Part shown: positions 1-11,563 of the stretch, piece after piece
Layout: each line of letters opens with the position of its first letter
Numbering within the stretch: position 1 is the first letter of the stretch
NCBI GenBank assembly: GCA_037439545.1
Contig: JBBIVV010000001.1
Coordinates: 126,845-190,844 of the forward strand
Direction: 5' to 3'
Source: a bacterium
GTDB taxonomy: Bacteria > JAMCPX01
DNA: 64,000 nucleotides
Translations under genes and position numbers: made by a program
Notes under the pieces: generated by a model
Told to the model about the DNA's origin: nothing
Database searches by the model: none
The model's input: the letters and a program-made list of their open reading frames with translations, nothing else

Positions 1-1
1 C

Positions 2-634
2 GTTACGGATAATGTTGCAAAGAGATCGCCCAATGCCATCATTATCGTCGTCGCAAATCCGGTCGATGGTATGACCTATGTTTCCTACAAGGTCAGCAAG
101 TTCCCGAGAGAAAGGGTAATGGGCATGGCAGGTGTACTCGACTCGGCAAGGTTCAGGACATTTATCGCAATGGAGTTGAATGTGTCGGTCCAGGATGTAA
201 GTGCATTTGTTATCGGCGTCCATGGCGACGAGATGGTGCCTTCGGTGAGATACACGAATGTCGCAGGTATACCTGTGGCAGAGCTTATACCGAAGGAGAA
301 GCTGGATGCAATCGTGGCAAGGACAAGAAAGGCAGGCGGTGAGATAGTAAACCTGCTCGGATTCAGCGCCTACTATGCACCTGCAGCTTCTGCGGTAGAG
401 ATGGTCGAAGCGATACTCAAGGACAAAAAGAAGATTCTTCCTGCGATCACCCTGTGTACCAGTGAGTACGGACTCAAGGATGTATTCATGGGCGTACCCG
501 TAAAACTCGGTGAAAAGGGCATCGAGAAAATCTTCGAGATAAAGATGAGCGATGAAGAGGCAGCAGCACTCAAGAAATCGGCCGAAGCAGTTAACAGGCA
601 GAAGAACGAGATAGATGGATTGAAGTTACTATAA
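2..634 (+). CDS. mdh: Malate dehydrogenase (LDH-like), 5' truncated by window edge
   Basis: [32 protein letters not shown] motifs; frame open to window start; heads TCA cluster. Confidence 0.93.
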   Translation, partial: VTDNVAKRSPNAIIIVVANPVDGMTYVSYKVSKFPRERVMGMAGVLDSARFRTFIAMELNVSVQDVSAFVIGVHGDEMVPSVRYTNVAGIPVAELIPKEKLDAIVARTRKAGGEIVNLLGFSAYYAPAASAVEMVEAILKDKKKILPAITLCTSEYGLKDVFMGVPVKLGEKGIEKIFEIKMSDEEAAALKKSAEAVNRQKNEIDGLKLL

Positions 635-653
635 GAACATAGAGAATGAACAG

Positions 654-680
654 GAGAGGGCGAGGTTTCCTCGCCCTCTC
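654..680. repeat. REP-like GC-rich hairpin after mdh
   Basis: GAGAGGGCGAGG-TTT-CCTCGCCCTCTC perfect stem without U-tract; related hairpin at 14149-14167. Confidence 0.55.
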
Positions 681-761
681 TATAATTAACTGGAATGATG
701 CATTATGCCCCTAACCCCTCTTAATCTTAAGAGGGTGATGGAGAAAAGAGGTTAAAGGTAA

Positions 762-1607
762 ATGAATATGCGCGAGATAAATGCAAAGCAGATCGCGGAC
801 GCTGTGAGCGATCTGTGTACCAAGGCTAATTTTGATGTTCCTGACGATGTTATGAATATTATCAGGAAAGCATACCAGGAGGAAGTTTCACCTCAGGGCA
901 AGGATGTGCTCAAGCAGATCATCGATAACGATGAAATAGCACACAATGAACAGGTGCCTATGTGCCAGGATACGGGACTTGCTGTTTTCTTTGTGGAGCT
1001 TGGACAGGATGTGCATATAGCAGACGGATTACTGAACGATGCCATCAATGACGGTGTGAGAAAAGGCTACAAGGACGGATATCTGAGGAAATCAACCTGT
1101 AATCCTTTCACGAGGAAAAATGTCGGTGACAATACGCCGTCTATTATACACGTTGAGGTTGTTGCCGGTGATAAAATAAAGATAACTATGGCAGCAAAGG
1201 GCGGCGGCAGCGAGAATATGAGCAGGGTCATGATGATGAAGCCGTCGGATGGACTCGAAGGTATCAAAAAATACATTATTGAAAGGGTAAGGGAGTCAGG
1301 TTCGAACCCGTGTCCGCCGATCATTGTCGGTGTCGGTATTGGCGGTACGTTCGAGCGTTCTGCTTTAATTGCAAAAAAATCTTTGCTTCGTCCACTCGAT
1401 GTGGCAAACCCTGATCCAGACCTTGACAAACTTGAAAAGGAGCTGCTTACATCTATCAACAAACTTGGCATAGGCCCGATGGGACTTGGCGGCAGGACGA
1501 CTGCACTCGCGGTCCACGTGATTGTTGAGCCGTGTCATATCGCAAGTTTACCGCTTGCGGTCAACATACAGTGTCATTCTGCACGGCACAAAGAAATAAC
1601 AATATGA
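762..1607 (+). CDS. Class I Fe-S fumarate hydratase, alpha subunit
   Basis: PMCQDTG, KGGGSEN, NPCPP, CHIASLP, QCHSARH motifs. Confidence 0.92.
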   Translation: MNMREINAKQIADAVSDLCTKANFDVPDDVMNIIRKAYQEEVSPQGKDVLKQIIDNDEIAHNEQVPMCQDTGLAVFFVELGQDVHIADGLLNDAINDGVRKGYKDGYLRKSTCNPFTRKNVGDNTPSIIHVEVVAGDKIKITMAAKGGGSENMSRVMMMKPSDGLEGIKKYIIERVRESGSNPCPPIIVGVGIGGTFERSALIAKKSLLRPLDVANPDPDLDKLEKELLTSINKLGIGPMGLGGRTTALAVHVIVEPCHIASLPLAVNIQCHSARHKEITI

Positions 1608-1614
1608 GGCGAAT

Positions 1615-2172
1615 ATGGCTAATATAATTAAGATAAAAACACCATTAACTGATGATGTGGTTTCTCAACTGAAAAGCGGTGATAGCGTACTCATAACGGG
1701 TGTTATGTATACCGGCAGGGATGCCGCGCATAAAAGGATGATCGATGCCCTGAACAAGGGTGAAAAACTGCCCTTTGACATACAGGGACAGATTATTTAT
1801 TATGTAGGACCATCGCCTGCAAAGCCCGGTAAGCCCATAGGCTCTGCAGGACCTACCACGAGTTACAGAATGGACGCTTATGCTCCAACCCTGATAAAGC
1901 TCGGATTGAAAGGAATGATCGGCAAGGGCTGGAGAGCAAAGGATGTTATTGATGCCTGCATAAAGTACAAGGCCATATACTTCGGCGCGACAGGAGGCGC
2001 GGGTGCCTTGATAGCACGGTCAATAAAGAAAGCCGATGTTATTGCGTATGATGATCTCGGCCCTGAAGCGGTAAGAAGGATCGAGGTCGTAGATTTTCCT
2101 GCGATTGTCATTAACGATGCTTATGGCAACGACCTTTATGTAAAAGGTGTTGAACAATATAAACAAATTTAG
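1615..2172 (+). CDS. Class I Fe-S fumarate hydratase, beta subunit
   Basis: TGRDAAHKR, YYVGP, GPTTSYRMD, MIGKG, DLGPEA motifs. Confidence 0.92.
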   Translation: MANIIKIKTPLTDDVVSQLKSGDSVLITGVMYTGRDAAHKRMIDALNKGEKLPFDIQGQIIYYVGPSPAKPGKPIGSAGPTTSYRMDAYAPTLIKLGLKGMIGKGWRAKDVIDACIKYKAIYFGATGGAGALIARSIKKADVIAYDDLGPEAVRRIEVVDFPAIVINDAYGNDLYVKGVEQYKQI

Positions 2173-2183
2173 GAGGCAAATAA

Positions 2184-2552
2184 ATGAAAAAAAATATTTA
2201 TGAGTTAAAATACAGGTATCACACCGGTACGGCAGCGTGGATACTGCACAGACTCTCGGGGCTTGCTTTGGTCCTGTATTTAGCCATGCATATCTGGGTT
2301 ATTCACAACCTTGATAACCCTGCCGGCTTTAATAAGGTTATGGCTTTCCTCAATATGCCGCTTTTCAAGATACTCGAGTTAGGGCTTTGGGGCGTTATTA
2401 TTTACCATGCGATCAACGGACTGCGTATTATTCTCGTGGATTTCTTTGGCGGTTCAAAGGCACAAAAACAGGTGTTCTGGGGAGTGGTGGTCGTAGGTAT
2501 AATCATGTTTATTGCCGGTGCAATCCCTTTTGTAGGACATTTGGTTAAATAG
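2184..2552 (+). CDS. sdhC: Succinate dehydrogenase cytochrome b subunit
   Basis: LHRLSG and YHAINGLR motifs, three hydrophobic helices. Confidence 0.9.
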   Translation: MKKNIYELKYRYHTGTAAWILHRLSGLALVLYLAMHIWVIHNLDNPAGFNKVMAFLNMPLFKILELGLWGVIIYHAINGLRIILVDFFGGSKAQKQVFWGVVVVGIIMFIAGAIPFVGHLVK

Positions 2553-2561
2553 GAGACAGAG

Positions 2562-2948
2562 ATGAATATAAAATTTGTTACAGGTGATTCAGGAATGAAA
2601 AGGTGGTTTTATCAGAGGCTCACCGGCATTTTTCTGGCAGTGCTTTTGGTAGCGCATTTTACCATCATGCATTTTATAGGAACAGGTGAGATAGATTATC
2701 GGACAGTCGCACAGAGACTTTCATCTCCGTACTGGAAGACATTTGACCTTGCATTCCTGGTGTTTGCCCTTTACCATGGGATGGCAGGTTTGTGGGTGGT
2801 AATAGATGATTATGTGCACAAAGACGGATGGCGCATATTCATATACTCAGTCGTTGTACTCGCAGGTGTATTGCTCTTAATTATCGGCGGATTGACGATT
2901 ATTACATTCGCACCGCACGTACTTTTAACATTTCCGGGAAATATGTAA
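2562..2948 (+). CDS. sdhD: Succinate dehydrogenase membrane anchor subunit
   Basis: [19 protein letters not shown] motifs; position between sdhC and sdhA. Confidence 0.88.
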   Translation: MNIKFVTGDSGMKRWFYQRLTGIFLAVLLVAHFTIMHFIGTGEIDYRTVAQRLSSPYWKTFDLAFLVFALYHGMAGLWVVIDDYVHKDGWRIFIYSVVVLAGVLLLIIGGLTIITFAPHVLLTFPGNM

Positions 2949-2959
2949 GGAGAACATAT

Positions 2960-4693
2960 ATGGCAATTAACATTGAAACACATTATCATGATGTATTGAT
3001 CATAGGTGCAGGGCTTGCCGGATCAATGGCAGCTTTAAAGGTTGCACCAATAGCAGACGTTGCCGTGCTGACCAAGGTGTTCCCGACCAGGTCACATTCG
3101 ACGACAGCACAGGGAGGTATGGCAGCAGCATTGAATAATAACAGATCACAAGGTGAAGATTCATGGGAACTTCACATGTTCGATACGGTAAAGGGCAGCG
3201 ATTACCTGGGCGACCAGGACGCAATAGAGACCCTCGCGAAGGATGCAATAGAAGTAGTGTATGAACTTGAACACATGGGGACGCCGTTTTCAAGGACACC
3301 TGAGGGCAAGATAGCTCAAAGACCGTTTGGCGGACATTCAAGACCGAGGATTGCCTATTCCGCAGATAGGACCGGACATGTTGCACTTCATACTCTGTAT
3401 GAGCAGAGCTTGAAGGAAAAGGTAAAATACTATCCTGAATTTTCTGTAACGAAACTCATTATTGAAAACAACACGGCAAAGGGTGCTGTTGCAATAGATT
3501 TAAGAACGAGCACCGTGCATGTTTTTGCTGCAAAGGCAGTCATGGTTGCAACAGGCGGTGCAGGCAGAATATACAGGATTTCATCCAACGCACATGAATC
3601 GACCGGTGACGCTCTTTCCCTGATCTACAGGGAGGGACTGCCGCTCATGGACCTTGAATTTACGCAGTTCCATCCGACCGGTATCTATCCGCTCGGCATC
3701 CTTATAACTGAGGGTGTCAGAGGCGAGGGTGGATATCTTGTCAACAGTAAAGGTGAAAGGTTCATGGAAAAATATGCCCCGGATATGAAGGACCTTGCAC
3801 CGAGGGACATTACCTCGAGGGCCATTTACACCGAGATTCAGGAGGGCAGAGGCGTTGGACCGAAGAAAGATCATGTGCTTTTACAGATACATCACATAGG
3901 CAGGGAAAAAATACTCGAGAGGCTGCCGGAAATATATAAATTTGCAATAACATACGCCGGTGTTGACTGTACCAAAGAGCCAATTCCGGTAGCACCGACC
4001 ATGCATTACTTCATGGGTGGTATACCGACCAATGCACAGAGCAATGTCATAAAAGATGAAAAGGGGACACCGGTAATAGGCCTTTATGCCGGAGGTGAGG
4101 CTGCGTGCGAATCAGTGCATGGGGCGAACAGGCTCGGAGCAAATTCCCTTGTCGATACAACCGTGTTTGGCAGAAGGGCAGGCAAACATATGTACGACTT
4201 CGTTCAGGAGGTAGACAGACCGGCAATACCCAAGGATGCCGTTGAAAGTACGGTGAAGATGGTCGAGTGGCTTTTAAACGGAAACGGCAAAGAGAATGTA
4301 TCGAAACTGCGCGAGGATATGCAGTCGCTGCTCTGGGAAACCGCTGCTGTCTTCCGTGAAGAGAAGCTTTTGAAGAAAGGCTTGAAAGACATAAAGGTTT
4401 TGCAGGAAAGATATAAAAACATAGGCATCGAAGATAAGGGTAAGAATTTTAACATGCAGGTGAAAGACGCAATCGAGCTCGGCAATATGCTTGACTATGC
4501 GGAGGTGGTACTTGCATCGGCTGATTTCAGGAAAGAGAGCCGGGGTGCGCATTCAAGGACCGATTATCCGAAGCGCGATGATGTTAAGTTCCTTAAACAC
4601 ACCCTTGCTTTTAAAGGCAAAGACGGCAAACCCGAGCTGAAACAGAAAGATGTTGTTATAACAAAGTATCAGCCCCAAGAAAGAAAGTATTGA
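2960..4693 (+). CDS. sdhA: Succinate dehydrogenase/fumarate reductase flavoprotein
   Basis: [16 protein letters not shown] (FAD-linked His), [23 protein letters not shown]; start placed after AGGAG. Confidence 0.95.
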   Translation: MAINIETHYHDVLIIGAGLAGSMAALKVAPIADVAVLTKVFPTRSHSTTAQGGMAAALNNNRSQGEDSWELHMFDTVKGSDYLGDQDAIETLAKDAIEVVYELEHMGTPFSRTPEGKIAQRPFGGHSRPRIAYSADRTGHVALHTLYEQSLKEKVKYYPEFSVTKLIIENNTAKGAVAIDLRTSTVHVFAAKAVMVATGGAGRIYRISSNAHESTGDALSLIYREGLPLMDLEFTQFHPTGIYPLGILITEGVRGEGGYLVNSKGERFMEKYAPDMKDLAPRDITSRAIYTEIQEGRGVGPKKDHVLLQIHHIGREKILERLPEIYKFAITYAGVDCTKEPIPVAPTMHYFMGGIPTNAQSNVIKDEKGTPVIGLYAGGEAACESVHGANRLGANSLVDTTVFGRRAGKHMYDFVQEVDRPAIPKDAVESTVKMVEWLLNGNGKENVSKLREDMQSLLWETAAVFREEKLLKKGLKDIKVLQERYKNIGIEDKGKNFNMQVKDAIELGNMLDYAEVVLASADFRKESRGAHSRTDYPKRDDVKFLKHTLAFKGKDGKPELKQKDVVITKYQPQERKY

Positions 4694-4705
4694 GGAGGTA
4701 TTAAA

Positions 4706-5407
4706 GTGAAGGTAACATTCAAAATACAGAGATTTAATCCGGATAAAGAGGCAAAACCGGTTCTTAAAGAGTATTCTGTGGAAGCACAGCCTAATACGAC
4801 TATACTCGACTGCCTGAATGACATAAGATGGCATCAGGATGAAACGCTTTCATTCAGAAGATCATGCGGTCATGCCATATGCGGCTCATGCGCTATGAAC
4901 ATAAATGGTAAAAACGGGCTCGCCTGTCAGACACACGTACAGGATCTTAAGTCAGGCACTATTACCGTGAGACCTCTCCCGTCATTCCCGATTATTAAAG
5001 ACCTGGCTGTTGACCTGGATAAATTCTATGAGAAATTTAATAAGATAAAACCTTATTTGATCAACGATGAGCCTGTACCTGAAAAGGAAAGACTGCAATC
5101 ACCTGAACAGCAAAAACTTATAGAGGAATCGACGACCTGCATCCTTTGTGCAGCATGCACATCCTCCTGTCCTTCATTCTGGGCTGATGACGACTATCTC
5201 GGTCCATCGGCATTGCTGAAAGCGTACAGATATATCTTCGATACAAGGGATACTGCAGCAGAAGAAAGGCTCAGTGTCGTCAATGACAAACACGGCGTGT
5301 TCAGATGTCACACCATATTCAACTGTAATGAAGCTTGTCCGAAAGACATAAACATTACGAATCACATAGCAAAGTTAAAAGTGGCTCTCGTTACCACAAA
5401 ACTGTAA
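4706..5407 (+). CDS. sdhB: Succinate dehydrogenase iron-sulfur subunit
   Basis: SCGHAICGSC, CILCAACTSSCP, CHTIFNCNEACP cysteine clusters. Confidence 0.95.
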   Translation: MKVTFKIQRFNPDKEAKPVLKEYSVEAQPNTTILDCLNDIRWHQDETLSFRRSCGHAICGSCAMNINGKNGLACQTHVQDLKSGTITVRPLPSFPIIKDLAVDLDKFYEKFNKIKPYLINDEPVPEKERLQSPEQQKLIEESTTCILCAACTSSCPSFWADDDYLGPSALLKAYRYIFDTRDTAAEERLSVVNDKHGVFRCHTIFNCNEACPKDINITNHIAKLKVALVTTKL

Positions 5408-5419
5408 AAGAGGTTAATT

Positions 5420-6589
5420 ATGAATATACATGAGTATCAGGCAAAAGAATTGATGATGAAATTCGGTGTTCCGGTGCCAAAGGGCAAGCCGGCATTCACT
5501 GCCGATGAGGCTTACGCAGCAGCGCAGCAGCTCGGTGTAAGCAGATTTGTCGTAAAAGCACAGATCCATGCAGGCGGAAGAGGTAAGGGGGGCGGTGTAA
5601 AGCTTGTGAACTCTCCTGAAGAAGTAAAAGAGGTTGCATCAAAGATGCTCGGCATGAACCTTATTACACACCAGACAGGCCCTGAAGGCAAGATTGTAAA
5701 GAAGGTGTATATCGAAGAGGCCGGTGCAATAGAAAAAGAACTGTACCTCGGTATGATCATTGACAGGACAACGAAGCAGATCGTCGTGATGGCAAGCACA
5801 GAAGGCGGAATGGAGATAGAAGAGGTTGCAGCAAAGACACCGGAAAGGATTATAAAAGAGTTTATCGATCCGGTAGCAGGGATTCAGGATTTTCATGGAA
5901 GGAAGGTTGCATATAAACTCGGACTGAGCGGTGATCTCGTCGGCAAATTAACGAAATTTGTCAAGGCTCTTTACCGGATGTTTCTGGAGCTCGATTGCAG
6001 CCTTGTGGAGATTAACCCGCTTGTACTGACAAAAGACAATAATATATTTGCACTTGACGCAAAGATAAATTTTGATGACAATGCCTTGTTCCGGCATAAA
6101 GACGTAGAAGCTCTCCGCGATGTTAACGAGGAGGATGCGAAGGAACTTGACGCCAAAGCACACGGGCTGAGCTATATAAGCCTTACCGGAAATATCGGAT
6201 GTATGGTAAACGGCGCGGGACTTGCTATGTCGACGATGGACATAATAAAGTTCTACGGCGGGGAGCCGGCAAACTTCCTCGACGTCGGCGGAGGAGCAAA
6301 TAAGGAGCAGGTCACGCACGCATTCAAAATTATACTGTCTGACGAGAAGGTGAAAGGTATACTGGTCAATATATTCGGCGGTATCATGAAATGCGACGTT
6401 ATAGCAGACGGTATTATTGCCGCGGCGACAGAGGTCAACATACATGTTCCTCTTGTCGTCAGACTCGAAGGTACGAACGTGGAGCTCGGACAGGAGAAGC
6501 TCGGTAAATCGGGGCTGAACATAATAACTGCTTCAGATATGGCAGATGCTGCGCAGAAAGTGGTAAAAGCAGTGAGAGGTGGAATATGA
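5420..6589 (+). CDS. sucC: Succinyl-CoA ligase beta subunit
   Basis: [38 protein letters not shown]. Confidence 0.96.
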   Translation: MNIHEYQAKELMMKFGVPVPKGKPAFTADEAYAAAQQLGVSRFVVKAQIHAGGRGKGGGVKLVNSPEEVKEVASKMLGMNLITHQTGPEGKIVKKVYIEEAGAIEKELYLGMIIDRTTKQIVVMASTEGGMEIEEVAAKTPERIIKEFIDPVAGIQDFHGRKVAYKLGLSGDLVGKLTKFVKALYRMFLELDCSLVEINPLVLTKDNNIFALDAKINFDDNALFRHKDVEALRDVNEEDAKELDAKAHGLSYISLTGNIGCMVNGAGLAMSTMDIIKFYGGEPANFLDVGGGANKEQVTHAFKIILSDEKVKGILVNIFGGIMKCDVIADGIIAAATEVNIHVPLVVRLEGTNVELGQEKLGKSGLNIITASDMADAAQKVVKAVRGGI

Positions 6590-7563
6590 GTATATTCGTA
6601 AACAAGAATACGAAGGTGATAGTGCAGGGAATAACCGGTAAAGACGGCATGTTTCATACAAAGCAATGCCGCGATTACGGAACGAAGATAGTCGGTGGTG
6701 TGACCCCGGGGAAAGGCGGAACCAATGTTGAAGGCATCCCGGTCTTCAATACGGTAAGCGAGGCGGTCGCTGCTACAAAACCGAACGCATCGATGATTTT
6801 TGTCCCGCCCCCCTTTGCAGCGGACGCCATAATGGAGGCCGCGGATGCCGGTATCGAGCTTGTGGTATGCATAACAGAGGGTATCCCGACACTTGACATG
6901 CTGAAAGTATCTGCATATCTAAAAGGTAAGAAAACAAGGCTTATCGGTCCGAATTGCCCCGGTATTATTACCCCTGGTGAAGCAAAGCTCGGTATTATGC
7001 CTGCCAAGATACATAACCCCGGAAAGATTGGTATTATATCACGGAGCGGAACCTTGACTTACGAAGCGGTATATCAGCTTACAGTGCTCGGATTAGGGCA
7101 GTCAACTGCTATCGGTATCGGCGGTGACCCCATTATTGGAACTAACTTTATCGATGCGCTTGAAGCATTCAACAACGACCCGAAAACAGAAGGAATTATT
7201 ATGATTGGAGAGATCGGCGGAACTGCAGAAGACGACGCAGCCCAGTATATTAAGAAATATGTTAAAAAACCTGTGGTTGCATTTATAGCCGGTCAGACAG
7301 CTCCAAAGGGAAAGAGAATGGGGCATGCCGGGGCAATAATAACAGGCGGTAAAACGACAGCACAGGACAAGATCGAAACACTTGAATCAGTCGGAATTAA
7401 GGTTTCACGGAGTCCGGCAGACATTGGTAAGACCATGTATGCTCTGCTCAATAAAATTAAGGCAAAAAAGGTTTCAGTACCTAAAGCTAAGAAACAGGTA
7501 AAAACCGCTAAAAAGGCGAAGGCTGTTCCTAAGAAGAAGGTTAACAGAAAGGGGAAGAAATAA
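6586..7563 (+). CDS. sucD: Succinyl-CoA ligase alpha subunit with Lys-rich C-terminal extension
   Basis: [29 protein letters not shown] (phospho-His). Confidence 0.96.
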   Translation: MSIFVNKNTKVIVQGITGKDGMFHTKQCRDYGTKIVGGVTPGKGGTNVEGIPVFNTVSEAVAATKPNASMIFVPPPFAADAIMEAADAGIELVVCITEGIPTLDMLKVSAYLKGKKTRLIGPNCPGIITPGEAKLGIMPAKIHNPGKIGIISRSGTLTYEAVYQLTVLGLGQSTAIGIGGDPIIGTNFIDALEAFNNDPKTEGIIMIGEIGGTAEDDAAQYIKKYVKKPVVAFIAGQTAPKGKRMGHAGAIITGGKTTAQDKIETLESVGIKVSRSPADIGKTMYALLNKIKAKKVSVPKAKKQVKTAKKAKAVPKKKVNRKGKK

Positions 7564-7797
7564 ATGGCTGAAGCACAAACAGTGGAAAAAAAACCACAGC
7601 AAAAACATAATATAAAAATTATAGAAGAACGCTGTAAAGGCTGTGAAATATGTGTTGTTTACTGTCCTGAGGATGTTCTTTCTATGAAGGATCTGGTCGT
7701 TTCGATTATAAATCTGGACAAATGTACGGGTTGCATGAGGTGTGAATTGTTCTGTCCTGACTTTGCAATCTATGTAGACCTGCCAGAAAAATCTTGA
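7564..7797 (+). CDS. korD: 2-oxoglutarate:ferredoxin oxidoreductase delta subunit (2x[4Fe-4S])
   Basis: Two CxxCxxCxxxCP motifs; directly upstream of alpha subunit. Confidence 0.82.
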   Translation: MAEAQTVEKKPQQKHNIKIIEERCKGCEICVVYCPEDVLSMKDLVVSIINLDKCTGCMRCELFCPDFAIYVDLPEKS

Positions 7798-7820
7798 TAG
7801 ACAAATCTTTAGGAGGAATA

Positions 7821-8972
7821 ATGGAGAAAAAGGCTTTACTTATATCAGGCAATGAATCTTGTGTTGAAGGTGCGCTTTATGCGGGAGTTCAATTTTATGC
7901 AGGTTATCCTATAACACCTTCATCAGAAATACCGGAAGGGCTTTCAAGGAAACTGCCCAAGTATGGCGGTGTGATGATACAGATGGAAGACGAAATTGCG
8001 GCAATGGCTGCGGTTATCGGTGCTTCACTAACAGGGAAAAAATCTATGACCGCAACAAGCGGCCCTGGATTTTCTCTTAAGCAGGAAAATCTCGGATTTG
8101 CTTCTTTTAATGAGATCCCGTGTGTCATTGTTAACGTCATGAGGGGCGGTCCGAGCACAGGTGCTCCCACAGGACCATCGCAGGGAGATGTTATGCAGGC
8201 AAAATGGGGTACGCACGGCGATCATCCGATAGTAGCTTTTGCACCTAACTCAATTCCCGAGATTTTTACAGAAACTGTAAGAGCATTTAATATTTCAGAG
8301 AAATATCGAATACCGGTCATCCTGCTGTTGGATGAGATTATCGCTCATATGAGAGAAAGGATCATTTTCCCGGAGAAAGGCGAATTGGAGGTCATAGACA
8401 GGCTTAAGCCAACAGTACCGCCGGATCAGTATAAACCGTTTGATGTGTCTAATTCACCTCTGCCGCTTGTACCTCCGATGGCAGCCTATGGAACTGGTTA
8501 CCGGTTCCACGTTACCGGACTGAATCATAGAATAGATGGCTTTCCCACCAATAATGGTGACCTCATAGAAAAAGAACTTCACCGTATCATGGATAAAGTT
8601 GAGCTTTACAAAAAGGATATGTTCAAGACGGAAGAATACATGCTCGATGACGCAGAGGTCGGTATCGTTGCATACGGCTCATCAGCAAGGGCTGCAAAGT
8701 ATGCAGTGAATGTCCTCAGAGAGCAGGGCATAAAAGCAGGGATGCTCAGATATATAACGATATGGCCGTTCAATGATACGCCTATTGAAAAGCTTGCACA
8801 AAAGGTCAAGTTCATGGTCGTTCCCGAGCTTAATTTTGGCCAGCTTATTCTTGAGGTAGAGCGGGCAGCAAAGGGTAAGACAAAAATATATGGAGTAAAC
8901 AGGGTAAATATAGAGATCATACATCCGCATGATATAGTAGAAAAGATAAAGGAGCTTTCACATGGCATTTGA
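7821..8972 (+). CDS. korA: 2-oxoglutarate:ferredoxin oxidoreductase alpha subunit
   Basis: AGYPITPSSE, QMEDEIAA, TATSGPGFSL, RGGPSTG; AGGAGG before ATG 7821; substrate inferred from TCA context. Confidence 0.88.
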   Translation: MEKKALLISGNESCVEGALYAGVQFYAGYPITPSSEIPEGLSRKLPKYGGVMIQMEDEIAAMAAVIGASLTGKKSMTATSGPGFSLKQENLGFASFNEIPCVIVNVMRGGPSTGAPTGPSQGDVMQAKWGTHGDHPIVAFAPNSIPEIFTETVRAFNISEKYRIPVILLLDEIIAHMRERIIFPEKGELEVIDRLKPTVPPDQYKPFDVSNSPLPLVPPMAAYGTGYRFHVTGLNHRIDGFPTNNGDLIEKELHRIMDKVELYKKDMFKTEEYMLDDAEVGIVAYGSSARAAKYAVNVLREQGIKAGMLRYITIWPFNDTPIEKLAQKVKFMVVPELNFGQLILEVERAAKGKTKIYGVNRVNIEIIHPHDIVEKIKELSHGI

Positions 8973-9780
8973 ATATGAAAAATATATAAGAAAAGGCACA
9001 CTCCCTCATATATGGTGTCCGGGATGCGGACATGGCATTGTTATGAAATCATTGCTGCGCGCAATAGACGGATTGAAACTTGATAAAAACGATATAGCAG
9101 TCGTATCGGGCATTGGATGCGCTTCAAGACTTCCCGGCTATCTCGATATGAATACACTCCATACGACACATGGAAGAGCACTTGCTTTTGCAACAGGCAT
9201 AAGGCTTTCCAATCCAAAGCTCAAGGTCATTGTTGTCAGCGGTGACGGCGATGCCACTGCAATAGGGGGAAATCATCTTATCCATGCTGCAAGAAGAAAT
9301 ATTGAAATAACGCTTATTGTGTTTAATAATTCTATATATGGTATGACCGGCGGTCAGGTTGCACCGACCACGCCGATTGGAGCGATTGCTACTACCATGC
9401 CGTATGGAAACATAGACCCTCCCTTTGATGTTGTTAAACTTGTAGAGGGCGCAGGTGCAACATTCGTTGCAAGAACAACTTCTTATCATACTGCCCAGAC
9501 AGAACAATTGATCAAACAGGCGATTATGCATAAAGGGTTTTCCGTGATTGATGTTATCGATGCCTGTCCCGTTCAATTCGGGAGGAGAAACAAGCCGAAA
9601 GAAGCGCCCGATATGATGCAGCTTCAGAAAGACAATGCAATACCAATACAACTGGCTCAGAAAAAGAAGCCGGAAGAACTTGCAGGGAAGATTATAACAG
9701 GTATATTTGTCAAGAAGGACATGCCCTCGTATACGGATACTTACTACAATACAATTATACCCAAAGCTCAGGCTAAATAA
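8962..9780 (+). CDS. korB: 2-oxoglutarate:ferredoxin oxidoreductase beta subunit
   Basis: WCPGCG, SGIGC, GDGD...NN TPP-binding motif. Confidence 0.88.
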   Translation: MAFEYEKYIRKGTLPHIWCPGCGHGIVMKSLLRAIDGLKLDKNDIAVVSGIGCASRLPGYLDMNTLHTTHGRALAFATGIRLSNPKLKVIVVSGDGDATAIGGNHLIHAARRNIEITLIVFNNSIYGMTGGQVAPTTPIGAIATTMPYGNIDPPFDVVKLVEGAGATFVARTTSYHTAQTEQLIKQAIMHKGFSVIDVIDACPVQFGRRNKPKEAPDMMQLQKDNAIPIQLAQKKKPEELAGKIITGIFVKKDMPSYTDTYYNTIIPKAQAK

Positions 9781-9803
9781 GCAGAAAACAGGAGTAACCA
9801 ATA

Positions 9804-10355
9804 ATGAGTAAAAATACAGAGATTAGATTAAGCGGTGAAGGCGGGCAGGGACTTATACTGGCAGGCGTTATTCTTGCATCTGCGGCACTTTTGGAAGGCA
9901 AAAATGCGGCACAATCCCAGTACTACGGACCTGAATCAAGGGGTGGTATCAGTAAATCAGAGGTCGTTATAAGTGACGGTGATATTATTTATCCCGAGGT
10001 CGCTGACCCGGATCTTGTTCTTGTGCTTTCGGACGTCGCATGTATCCCTTATACAAAGGACATAAGACGCGACGATACACTGGTACTATTCGATTCAACC
10101 ACGGTAAAACAGTTTCCCGAACTTAAACACGGCAGGATATACAAGCTCCCGTTTACTATGACTGCCCATGATAAACTTGGCAAACCATTTATCGCAAATA
10201 TCATAGCACTGGGGACGATCGTAGGATTGACCAATGTGGTCAGTAAGGAATCCATAGAAAAAGCAGTGCTTGCGCGGGTTCCCAAAGGTACGGAAGAACT
10301 GAACAAAACAGCTTTATTGGAAGGTTTCGAGCTTGCTAAGACAATAAAAAAATAG
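9804..10355 (+). CDS. korC: 2-oxoglutarate:ferredoxin oxidoreductase gamma subunit
   Basis: SGEGGQG, YGPESRGG motifs. Confidence 0.86.
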   Translation: MSKNTEIRLSGEGGQGLILAGVILASAALLEGKNAAQSQYYGPESRGGISKSEVVISDGDIIYPEVADPDLVLVLSDVACIPYTKDIRRDDTLVLFDSTTVKQFPELKHGRIYKLPFTMTAHDKLGKPFIANIIALGTIVGLTNVVSKESIEKAVLARVPKGTEELNKTALLEGFELAKTIKK

Positions 10356-10368
10356 AAAGGATATATCA

Positions 10369-11502
10369 ATGAAAAAATATTTACTTACCCCGGGTCCCAC
10401 AGAACTGCCGCCAAGGGTGCTGCTCGCAATGGCGCATCCTATCATTCATCACAGAGCGCCTGAGTTTCTTCCTGTTCTTGAACAGGCGAGGGATGGATTG
10501 AAGTGGCTTTTTAAAACAAAAAATGAAGTCCTGATACTCGCATCATCCGGCACAGGAGCAATGGAAGGCGCTGTCACAAACTTCCTGTCAAAGGGTGACA
10601 AGGCTCTCACGGTAAACAGCGGGAAATTCGGTGAGAGATGGGCACAGATATGCAAGGCTTATGGTGTTGAAGCCGGTGTCATCAATGTTGAATGGGGACA
10701 GGCTGTTGATCCTGAGAAAATAAAAGAAGAATTAAAGAAGAATCCTGAAACAAAAGCTGTTTACCTTCAGGCAACGGAGACATCAACCGGTGTCGTTCAC
10801 CCCGTGAAAGAGATCTCAAAAATTGTCCACGAAAACAGTAATGCAATAGTTGTCGTCGATGGTATTACAGGGGTCGGCGTGTTTGATCTGCCAATGGATG
10901 AATGGGGGATTGATATCCTCCTTACAGGATCCCAGAAGGCTCTCATGCTGCCTCCGGGACTTGCTTTTATAGGTATAAGCGACAGGGCATGGAAGCTGAA
11001 CGAAACATCAACTCTGCCGAAGTTCTATTTTAACTTCAGTAAGGAATTAAAGAACATAGTTAAAAACCAGACCGCTTACACTCCTGCAATATCGCTTATC
11101 GTAGGGCTTGGCGAATCACTGAAGATGATGAAAGAAGAAGGATTGGAGAATGTTTACAAACGGCATTTATTGCTTGCAGAAGCGACAAGGAAAGGCGTGC
11201 AGGCAATGGGACTGAAACTGTATGCGTCAAAATCCCCGTCAAATTCATTAACGGCAGCTCTGTCTCCGGAAGGAATTGACTCCGGCAAGATCATCAGTTC
11301 TCTTGAGAAAGACTTTGGCATAAGAGTTGCGAATGGACAGGATCAGGCAAAGGGGAAAATATTCAGGATCGCTCACATGGGATATTACGATAAATCGGAT
11401 ATTCTGTTTGTGCTTGCCTCGCTTGAGATAGTGCTCAACAAACTTGGCTATAAATCAGAGCCCGGTATTGGAGTAGGTGCAGCAGAAAAAGTACTCATGT
11501 GA
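10369..11502 (+). CDS. Class V PLP aminotransferase (alanine-glyoxylate/serine-pyruvate family)
   Basis: LTPGP, SSGTGAME, ETSTG, GSQKALMLPPG (PLP Lys), FRIAHMG. Confidence 0.9.
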   Translation: MKKYLLTPGPTELPPRVLLAMAHPIIHHRAPEFLPVLEQARDGLKWLFKTKNEVLILASSGTGAMEGAVTNFLSKGDKALTVNSGKFGERWAQICKAYGVEAGVINVEWGQAVDPEKIKEELKKNPETKAVYLQATETSTGVVHPVKEISKIVHENSNAIVVVDGITGVGVFDLPMDEWGIDILLTGSQKALMLPPGLAFIGISDRAWKLNETSTLPKFYFNFSKELKNIVKNQTAYTPAISLIVGLGESLKMMKEEGLENVYKRHLLLAEATRKGVQAMGLKLYASKSPSNSLTAALSPEGIDSGKIISSLEKDFGIRVANGQDQAKGKIFRIAHMGYYDKSDILFVLASLEIVLNKLGYKSEPGIGVGAAEKVLM

Positions 11503-11563
11503 TAAAAGATTCGATATTTAAAGTTCAATATTTAATACCGAAAATCCAAGAAAGGGGTAGAAT

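Noticed and set aside
2828..2959. Longer N-termini given by the ORF track for sdhA (also korA, pncA, TPM gene, amtB1, hemL, pssA)
   Set aside because: They overlap neighbouring genes or promoters; downstream ATGs fit the RBS or family start better
11505..11535. Imperfect 14-bp tandem repeat upstream of serA
   Set aside because: Only two degenerate AT-rich units; no support for a function
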